Position numbers and translations under genes: made by a program. Positions 54,153-61,539 of a stretch of 64,000 nt of DNA are shown here, in pieces. Origin of the DNA: an uncultured Muribaculaceae bacterium (GTDB taxonomy: Bacteria > Bacillota_I > Bacilli_A > RF39 > UBA660). The stretch is taken from contig CAZVUP010000003.1 in NCBI GenBank assembly GCA_964630365.1, forward strand, positions 98-64,097. Direction: 5' to 3'. The notes beneath the pieces were generated by a model. That model worked only from the letters and a program-made list of their open reading frames with translations. It ran no database searches and was not told the origin of the DNA. How positions within the stretch are numbered: the stretch's first letter is position 1; every line of letters starts with the position of its first letter.

Positions 54153-55226
54153 ATGATGAAAAAGAAGAAAAGAATAAGATTAAAAATTGGTAAATTTACT
54201 ATTCTTATATTTTTATTAGATTTGATTGTTATTGATGGATTATTTGTTATTAAAAGCGAAAAATTTAAAGCTTTTTGGATACCTACAGCAATGACTACAA
54301 TGTCTCATAAATATTTAGCTTATACTTTATATGATGAAGACACAGTAAATACTGTTATGAGTGAAAATTATATTGAAAAGAATAGTGAAGAAATTAATCT
54401 TGATGCAATTGTTATTGGTGATACTAAAGAAAAAAAACATTATAGTTCTAAATATGAGCAAGAATTATTTACTAGAATGGAAAATAATGAGGTTTATAAG
54501 ATTATTCGTATTAATGAGTCCAAGTATAAGGGCTATTTAACTGTAATATATGATCCTAGTGATGTAAGTTTAGCTGTTTCTGATAAACTTGGAAAAGCTG
54601 GTCGGTCTGTTAATACTTTAGTAAAAAATAATGCTGGACTAGTTGGTATTAATGGTGGCGGATTTGAAGATTTAGATGGTTGGGGTAATGGTTCTATACC
54701 ATACGGAGCAATTATAAAAGATGGTCAACTTATTTGGCAGCATGCTGGAGGTAGTGGTGGACTAATTGGGTTTACCAAAGATCATAAAATGTATTTGACT
54801 GATAAAAGTCCGGCTGAAGCTATCGCTGATGGTATGGTTGATGCTGTTGAATTTGGACCTAATTTAATTGTTAATGGTAAAGTTAGTAAGATACATGGTG
54901 ATGGTGGTTGGGGAACAGCACCAAGAAGTGTAATTGCTCAGAGAAAAGATGGCGTTGTATTATTTTTAATAATTGAAGGTAGATTGCCGGGGTATAGTGT
55001 AGGTGCAACAATGAATGATGTTATTGATATTTTGCTTAAATATAAAGCCTATAATGCAGCTAATTTAGATGGTGGAGCATCAAGTACAATGAGTGTTGAA
55101 GGTAAACTTTGGAATAGGCCTAGTGCTGGTGGTGAATATGGTGGAAGAACTGTTTCTAATGCTTGGATTGTAACAAACAAACAAAACAAGCCTGCACAAG
55201 CACCAAATAAAAATAATTATAAGTAG
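54153..55226 (+). CDS. Membrane-anchored phosphodiester glycosidase (NAGPA-domain) family protein, paralogue of 50699-51739
   Basis: GINGGGFEDL ... YGAIIKDGQLI ... AVEFGPNLIVNGK ... APRSVIAQRKDGVVLFLIIEGR ... NLDGGASS. Confidence 0.75.
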   Translation: MMKKKKRIRLKIGKFTILIFLLDLIVIDGLFVIKSEKFKAFWIPTAMTTMSHKYLAYTLYDEDTVNTVMSENYIEKNSEEINLDAIVIGDTKEKKHYSSKYEQELFTRMENNEVYKIIRINESKYKGYLTVIYDPSDVSLAVSDKLGKAGRSVNTLVKNNAGLVGINGGGFEDLDGWGNGSIPYGAIIKDGQLIWQHAGGSGGLIGFTKDHKMYLTDKSPAEAIADGMVDAVEFGPNLIVNGKVSKIHGDGGWGTAPRSVIAQRKDGVVLFLIIEGRLPGYSVGATMNDVIDILLKYKAYNAANLDGGASSTMSVEGKLWNRPSAGGEYGGRTVSNAWIVTNKQNKPAQAPNKNNYK

Positions 55227-55241
55227 GGATTCCTACTTTTT
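55221..55241 (+). terminator. Rho-independent terminator
   Basis: AAGTAGG-gatt-CCTACTTTTT; related to the terminators at 22753 and 31274. Confidence 0.6.
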
Positions 55242-55304
55242 ATTTTTACTTTTATTGTTTTATATTAAAAAAAATGATAAAATGTTTCTAGAGTAGGTGA
55301 TATT

Positions 55305-56915
55305 TTGAATAGTAAAAAGAAAACTGGTAATAACTTTGGATTGTGGATTATTATAGGATTTGTATTCATTTATGTTTTAGGAAACATTATTTCTGGTATT
55401 TCTAGCCTTTTTAATGATGATGGTGGCTATGTATATTCAGATAAAAAATTTAATTTGATATCTAGCTCGGAGAATATTATATTTGATTCTGAAATAAAGG
55501 ACTTTGCTAAGAAAAATAGAATTGATATTAATATTGAATATGATGATACTTTGAAGATTACAAAACGTTTAAACGCTGGAGAAGAGTTTGATGCTGTTTG
55601 GTTATCTAATTCTATTTGGATGTATTCACTTGATTCTAGTAAAGTTAAAGTGACTGATACTAAATCGACAAGTATTAATCCAGTTGTTTTAGCTATTCGT
55701 AAATCGAAAGCAGAAGAATTAGGGTTTATAGGTAAAGATATTTATACCCAGGATATAGTTAATGCTGCTAGTGAAGGAAGGTTAAATTTTAATATATCTA
55801 ATCCAGTTACTACTAATAGTGGTGCAAGTGCTTATTTAGGTATTTTAACTTCTTTAGCGGGGAATCCTGAAGTATTAACTACAGAGATGATTAATGATCA
55901 AGATTTAAAAGAAAAACTTAGAAATTTCTTTATGGGTGTTGAAAGATCTGTTGGAGATGAAGATTCTTTAGAGGAATTTTTCTTAAATGGTAACTATGAG
56001 GCAGTCTTTACATATGAATCAGCTATCATTAATATTAATAAAGAACTTGAAAAAAATAACAAAGAAGTTTTATATGCATTATATCCTGTAGATGGAGTTT
56101 CAATTTCTGATAGTCCAATTGGGTATATTAATCATGATAATGATAAAAAGAAAGAAGAATATGATAAATTAGTAGAGTATTTAACAGGGAAAGATGGTCA
56201 AAAATTATTGGCAAAATATGGAAGAAGAACTTGGTTTGGTGGAGTTACTAATAAAGCTGATAAGAAAGTTTTTAATCCTGACTGGGGAATTGATACGACT
56301 AAATATATTTCACCTTTGAAATATCCTGCTACTGCAGTAATAAAAGAAGCTTTATTCTTGTATCAAAGTGCTCTTAGAAAACCTGTTCATGTAGTCTTTT
56401 GTTTAGATTATTCTGGTAGTATGTCAAGTTATAATAGATATAATAATCTTGTGGATGCTATGGATTATATTTTAACTGATAGATCGGCAGCTGATTTATT
56501 ACAATTCTCTGATGACGATATTGTTGAGGTTATACCATTTGCTTCAAATTATGATGAAGTATGGAAGGGTAGTAATGAAGATTTATTATTACAGATTAAG
56601 AGAAAATCACCGAATGGTGGAACAGCACTTTATCCAGCAACTCAGCATGCTTTAGAACTTTTAAAAGATGAAGATAAAACTAAGTTTAATACATCTGTTA
56701 TTGTTATGACTGATGGTGAAGGAAATGTTGGCTATTTTAGAGATTTAGAAATATATTATAGAGAAAATAATTTGAATATACCTATATATTCTATTAAGTT
56801 TGGAGCTGCTGATGAGAAACAACTTCATGATTTACAAGTATTATCTAATGGAAAAGTTTTTGATGGGACTACTAGTTTAGTAGATGCTTTTATGGAAGTA
56901 AGAGGATATAACTAG
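55305..56915 (+). CDS. Membrane-anchored solute-binding-like domain fused to a vWA domain
   Basis: TTG start after AGGTGA SD. N-terminal TM. NPVTTNSGASAYLGIL is shared with the 57542 product. MIDAS VFCLDYSGSMS ... VMTDGEGN. Confidence 0.7.
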   Translation: MNSKKKTGNNFGLWIIIGFVFIYVLGNIISGISSLFNDDGGYVYSDKKFNLISSSENIIFDSEIKDFAKKNRIDINIEYDDTLKITKRLNAGEEFDAVWLSNSIWMYSLDSSKVKVTDTKSTSINPVVLAIRKSKAEELGFIGKDIYTQDIVNAASEGRLNFNISNPVTTNSGASAYLGILTSLAGNPEVLTTEMINDQDLKEKLRNFFMGVERSVGDEDSLEEFFLNGNYEAVFTYESAIININKELEKNNKEVLYALYPVDGVSISDSPIGYINHDNDKKKEEYDKLVEYLTGKDGQKLLAKYGRRTWFGGVTNKADKKVFNPDWGIDTTKYISPLKYPATAVIKEALFLYQSALRKPVHVVFCLDYSGSMSSYNRYNNLVDAMDYILTDRSAADLLQFSDDDIVEVIPFASNYDEVWKGSNEDLLLQIKRKSPNGGTALYPATQHALELLKDEDKTKFNTSVIVMTDGEGNVGYFRDLEIYYRENNLNIPIYSIKFGAADEKQLHDLQVLSNGKVFDGTTSLVDAFMEVRGYN

Positions 56916-56922
56916 GGGGTGC

Positions 56923-57549
56923 ATGATGAAAAATAAAGAAATTTTTTCAGCAGCGATAGGTGGAGCATTTTTTGCAATACCATATTTAGCTTTATCGGCT
57001 CCGTTAATACCATCACTTGTGATAGGTGCTGCTGCATTTGGAGCGGGGCAATTAGTTCTTGGAGAAACTAAATTAACACTAAAAGATACTAATAGAAATT
57101 TATATGAAACATTAGAATATTCTAAAAGGCAGAATAAGCATATTTTAGAAATGATACCTAATATTGAGGATGAAAAGATAAAAAAGGAATTAAATGAAAT
57201 ACATGATTCTGTATCAAAAATAATTAATACTATTTCAAAAAATCCTGAAAAAGTAAAACAAGCAAATAACTTTTTTGATTATTATTTACCAATAACTATT
57301 AAATTAATAGATCGTTATGATGAAATTGAAAATCAAAAACTTTCCTCTTCAGAGAGTAAAAAGTTTTTAAAATCTACTAATGAGATGGTTAGTGAGATTA
57401 ATTCAGCTTATAGAAAAATATTAGCTCAATTATATCAAAAAGATATTTTAGATATGGATGTTGAAATGAAAGTTTTTGATTCTTTATTAAAATCTGATGG
57501 AATAGATAGTTCTGATCTGAAAGTTAAGAAGGAGGAAGATCATGAATAA
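56923..57549 (+). CDS. xpaC: XpaC-like (5-bromo-4-chloroindolyl phosphate hydrolysis) family membrane protein
   Basis: Two N-terminal TMs (FFAIPYLALSAPLIPSLVIGAAAFGAGQLVL), then a helical domain. Positioned next to a telA-like gene, as in B. subtilis xpaC-yaaN. Confidence 0.6.
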   Translation: MMKNKEIFSAAIGGAFFAIPYLALSAPLIPSLVIGAAAFGAGQLVLGETKLTLKDTNRNLYETLEYSKRQNKHILEMIPNIEDEKIKKELNEIHDSVSKIINTISKNPEKVKQANNFFDYYLPITIKLIDRYDEIENQKLSSSESKKFLKSTNEMVSEINSAYRKILAQLYQKDILDMDVEMKVFDSLLKSDGIDSSDLKVKKEEDHE

Positions 57550-58741
57550 TAAAAAGATTATAGGAATAGTAATTTTTGTAGTATTGATATTAGCAATTAT
57601 TGGAATTAAATTTTTCAGTAGTGGAGATGGAGATAGTATTAATGGTTTAACTACTGTTTATGTTGCTACTGGAGGAGGAAAAGAAGATTTTCTTGCTGAT
57701 TCTGATGTTGTAAAAATTCTTAGAAAAAAGTACAAACTTAATGTTGTTTTTGATAACTGGAGTAATGGTAAAACAGTTCAATTGCCTCTTATAAGAGAGT
57801 CTGTTGGACAAGGTGATCATAATATTGCTAATCTTATTTCTAATGGTAATAGTAGCTATACTATTCATTCTGAAGGTGTTTCGACATATGATGCATTATT
57901 TACTTCTGATCAGAGATTTTATGATTACTATAAGTTGTATCCTAATAAAGAAAAGAATGAAGCTGATCGTTATAGTGTAAAAGGTGGTAATCTTACTTTA
58001 AATACGCCAATTGTAATATATAGTTGGAAAGAAGTTGTTGATGCTTTAATAAATGAGGGAATTGTTACCGAAAAAGAAGGTGTTTATTATATAAGTGATA
58101 TGACTAAATTAATGAATTATATCTTAGAAGGTAAGAAATGGTCTGATATAGGTATTAATGGTTTATATGGTAATCTTAATATTGCTTCAACAGATCCTGT
58201 TACATCAAGCCCAGGTGCAACATATTATGGACTTTTACTTTCAGTATTAAGTGAAGGTCAAGTAACAGTTGATAATATAAAAGATAATTTGCCAAAATTA
58301 AAACAATTTTATGTAAAATCTGGTTATATGAATAATACGCCAGCAGATTTATTTGATAGATATTTGAAAGTTGGTATGGGTGGTCAACCAATGATCGTTG
58401 ACTATGAGAAGAGTATTATTGATTTTGCAAATTCAAGTCCAGATGATTTTGAAACTGTTAAAGATCAAATAAGAATTCTTTATCCATCACCAACAATTTG
58501 GAATTCACATTGTTTTGCTTATTTTACTGATAATGGAGAAAAATTGTATAAGGCATTTGATGATAAAGAAATTCAGCAGATTGCTTGGGAAAGGTATGGA
58601 TTCCGTACCGGTATTACTGGTGGGGAATATGATGTTTCATCAATTGGTATTGGTGTGCCACAGACTATTACAAGTACAGTATCAAGTTTAAAGATGGATA
58701 CTTACAATGAGTTGATAGATTATTTAAAGAATGGAGAGTAA
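57542..58741 (+). CDS. Membrane-anchored solute-binding-like protein (paralogous to the N-half of 55305-56915)
   Basis: N-terminal TM. DPVTSSPGATYYGLLLSVL parallels NPVTTNSGASAYLGILTSL. The start overlaps the upstream stop by 8 nt. Confidence 0.65.
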   Translation: MNNKKIIGIVIFVVLILAIIGIKFFSSGDGDSINGLTTVYVATGGGKEDFLADSDVVKILRKKYKLNVVFDNWSNGKTVQLPLIRESVGQGDHNIANLISNGNSSYTIHSEGVSTYDALFTSDQRFYDYYKLYPNKEKNEADRYSVKGGNLTLNTPIVIYSWKEVVDALINEGIVTEKEGVYYISDMTKLMNYILEGKKWSDIGINGLYGNLNIASTDPVTSSPGATYYGLLLSVLSEGQVTVDNIKDNLPKLKQFYVKSGYMNNTPADLFDRYLKVGMGGQPMIVDYEKSIIDFANSSPDDFETVKDQIRILYPSPTIWNSHCFAYFTDNGEKLYKAFDDKEIQQIAWERYGFRTGITGGEYDVSSIGIGVPQTITSTVSSLKMDTYNELIDYLKNGE

Positions 58742-58745
58742 AAAA

Positions 58746-59891
58746 ATGAACGAATTAGAACTAAAATTAGAAAGTGCAAAAGCTGAAAAGAATGTTGAGG
58801 GATTAGCTAGTAGTAGTGAAAAAGTTACAGAAGAAAAAATTGAAGAATCATTAAATTATGATTTGTTGAGTGCTGAAGAGAAAAAAGCAATTGATGAATT
58901 TGTAGAGAAGATTGATGTCTTTGATTCAACACAAGTATTACAATTTGGAGCAGCATCTCAGAATAAAATTTCAGAATTTTCAGATGAAGTATTAGAAGAT
59001 GTAAAAACTAAAAATACAGGAGCTGCCGGTGAATTACTAGCTGATTTAGTAGCACAAATCAAATCATTTGATGGAGCTGTTACTGCTGATAAAAAAGGTT
59101 TGGCTAAGTTATTTAGTAATGCTAAAAAAGAACTTGATAAGTTGATTGCTAAATATACAAAGATTGAAAAAAATATTGATACAATCGAAGGTGGATTAGA
59201 AAAAGATAAAATTCAAATGTTAAAAGATATTGCAACATTTGATACAATGTATGAAAAAAATCTTACTTATTTTAAAGAAATATCATTATATATTATTGCT
59301 GGTGAGAAGAAATTAGAGGAATTAAGAGAAAAAGTATTGCCAGAATTAAAAAAGAAAGCAGAAGAGTCTGGAGAACAAATAGATGCTCAAAAAGTTAATG
59401 ATATGGAAAATACAATTAATCGTTTTGAGAAGAAAATATATGATTTGAAAACTACAAGAATTATATCTATTCAAATGGCTCCACAAATTAGATTATTACA
59501 AAACAATGAAGCTGAACTTGTTGAAAAAATTCAAAGTTCTATTACTAATACAATCCCACTATGGAAAAATCAAATGGTATTGGCTTTAGGTATTTCTAAT
59601 GCAAAAAGAGCATTAAAAAATCAACAAGCTGTTTCTAATTTAACTAATGAAATGTTGAAGAAGAATAGTGAAACATTGAAACAAGGGTCAATTGATATTG
59701 CTAAAGAATCTGAAAGAGCAATTATTGATGTTGAAACACTTAAGAAAACTAATGCTGATATTATCGAGACTTTAGATGCTGTTATTGAAATTCATAAAAA
59801 TGGACGTGTTCAAAGACAGGCAGCTGAAAAAGAACTTCAAGAAATTGAAAAAGAATTAAAATCAAAAATGTTAGAAATTAATATGAAGTAA
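58746..59891 (+). CDS. telA: TelA / YaaN-family toxic-anion-resistance protein
   Basis: LSAEEKKAIDEFVEKIDVFDSTQVLQFGAASQNKISEFSD and an all-helical ~380-aa length. ATG 58746 follows a GGAGAG SD. Confidence 0.75.
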   Translation: MNELELKLESAKAEKNVEGLASSSEKVTEEKIEESLNYDLLSAEEKKAIDEFVEKIDVFDSTQVLQFGAASQNKISEFSDEVLEDVKTKNTGAAGELLADLVAQIKSFDGAVTADKKGLAKLFSNAKKELDKLIAKYTKIEKNIDTIEGGLEKDKIQMLKDIATFDTMYEKNLTYFKEISLYIIAGEKKLEELREKVLPELKKKAEESGEQIDAQKVNDMENTINRFEKKIYDLKTTRIISIQMAPQIRLLQNNEAELVEKIQSSITNTIPLWKNQMVLALGISNAKRALKNQQAVSNLTNEMLKKNSETLKQGSIDIAKESERAIIDVETLKKTNADIIETLDAVIEIHKNGRVQRQAAEKELQEIEKELKSKMLEINMK

Positions 59892-59933
59892 TAAGTCGCC
59901 GATATTCGTCGGCTTATTTTTGAGGTGGTGCGT

Positions 59934-61505
59934 ATGAATAAAGATTATTTAGCAGATGTTTATAAAGATTTTTTTGGGGAAAGTACTCTAGCTTTAGAAA
60001 AAGAAGAAGAAATAAAAGAAGATTTTAATATTGAAGAAATTGATTCATTATTAATAGAAGAAGAATCTAAAGATTTATTAAAAAAAGTAATTACTTATAT
60101 TAAAGATTATGTTGAAAAGAAAGAAAATAATTACTTAGATTTTAATTTTATTATTCAAAGTGATAATAAAGAAGTAATTAAAAAGATAGAAGATATTTTA
60201 AAGACTGTTAATTCTAAATATAAATATTTAGATGGTGATAAAGCTAGTAAGTGTTCTTTCTATGATAATGATACTTTAGATAAAATTAGAGAAGTATTTA
60301 ATAGTAAAATTATTATTCTTAAGGACTTAAAAGGCTTTGAATTAAGAGATGATAGTTTTAAGAAGAGTTTCTTCCATTTATTAGGAGAAAATCTAGATAA
60401 TAAAATGATTATTATTGAAGGTGTTAAAGAAGAAATTGATTATTTATTTGAATATGATTCTTTACTTCGAAATAATAAATTTCCTTTTGTTTTAATTGGA
60501 AAAGATCCTGATGTTTTAGATGTTTATCATGAAGTTTTAGGTATTACTAAGTTAAGTGAAGAAGATGAATTCTCATTAAAAGTATTAGACTATATTTCTG
60601 ATACTTATCCTAAGAAGTATATCGATTATATTAATTATAGGGATAATTTATGTCGAGAAATAGCATTAAACCATGAAGTGCCTAAAGTTGAGAGTGAAAA
60701 GAGCCTTGATGAAATATTTGAAAAATTAAATGAATTAGTGGGACTTGAAAAAGTAAAGAAGACATTGCATGAATTAGTTGACTATATGAATTTACAAAAA
60801 AAGAGTACTGATTTAAAACTTAATAATATTAACTTGCATATGGTTTTTTTAGGCAATCCAGGAACTGGTAAAACGACAGTAGCAAGAATTATAGTTGATA
60901 TCTTATATAATTTAAAATATATTAAGCAAAATAAATTAATAGAGGTTAGTAGTAAAGATTTAGTAGCAGAGTATGTTGGACAGACGGCTCCAAAGACAAT
61001 GAGTGTAGTAGAAAGAGCAATGGGTGGAGTTTTATTTATTGATGAAGCTTATGCCTTAGCAAATGATGCTGGACAGAATTCTTATAATGCTGAAGCTATT
61101 GCTACTCTTATTAAAGCAATGGAAGATTATCGAGATGAGTTAGTAGTTATTTTTGCTGGTTATACAAAAGAAATGCAGGCTTTCTTAGATTCTAATTCCG
61201 GAATAGTTTCAAGAATTGGCTATACCTTAGAATTTGATGATTATACAGAAGATGAACTTGTTAAAATATTCGAAGGAATGATGAAGAAGGCAGGATTTAC
61301 TGTCGAAGATGATGCTTATTTAGAACTTAGAAAAATTATTCGAGAAAATAAAGATAACAAGAATTTTGGTAATGCTAGGTTTGTTAGAAATGTATATGAA
61401 AAAACTATTATTAAGCATGCTGCTAATACAAGAAATAAGAAGCGAAAGAGTATTTTAGCGACTATTAAGAAAGAAGACATTTCTTGTGAAAATATTAGAG
61501 GTTAA
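59934..61505 (+). CDS. AAA+ ATPase of the SpoVK/CbbX type
   Basis: MVFLGNPGTGKTTVARI (Walker A), VLFIDEAYAL (Walker B), GNARFVRN. ATG 59934 follows a GAGGTGG SD. Confidence 0.75.
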   Translation: MNKDYLADVYKDFFGESTLALEKEEEIKEDFNIEEIDSLLIEEESKDLLKKVITYIKDYVEKKENNYLDFNFIIQSDNKEVIKKIEDILKTVNSKYKYLDGDKASKCSFYDNDTLDKIREVFNSKIIILKDLKGFELRDDSFKKSFFHLLGENLDNKMIIIEGVKEEIDYLFEYDSLLRNNKFPFVLIGKDPDVLDVYHEVLGITKLSEEDEFSLKVLDYISDTYPKKYIDYINYRDNLCREIALNHEVPKVESEKSLDEIFEKLNELVGLEKVKKTLHELVDYMNLQKKSTDLKLNNINLHMVFLGNPGTGKTTVARIIVDILYNLKYIKQNKLIEVSSKDLVAEYVGQTAPKTMSVVERAMGGVLFIDEAYALANDAGQNSYNAEAIATLIKAMEDYRDELVVIFAGYTKEMQAFLDSNSGIVSRIGYTLEFDDYTEDELVKIFEGMMKKAGFTVEDDAYLELRKIIRENKDNKNFGNARFVRNVYEKTIIKHAANTRNKKRKSILATIKKEDISCENIRG

Positions 61506-61539
61506 TGTGTTATAATTTTAATGGTAGGAGGTTATTAAT

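Noticed and set aside
53288-58391. Minus-strand ORFs 53288-53503, 57647-57868 and 58200-58391
   Set aside because: These are shadow ORFs within supported plus-strand genes.
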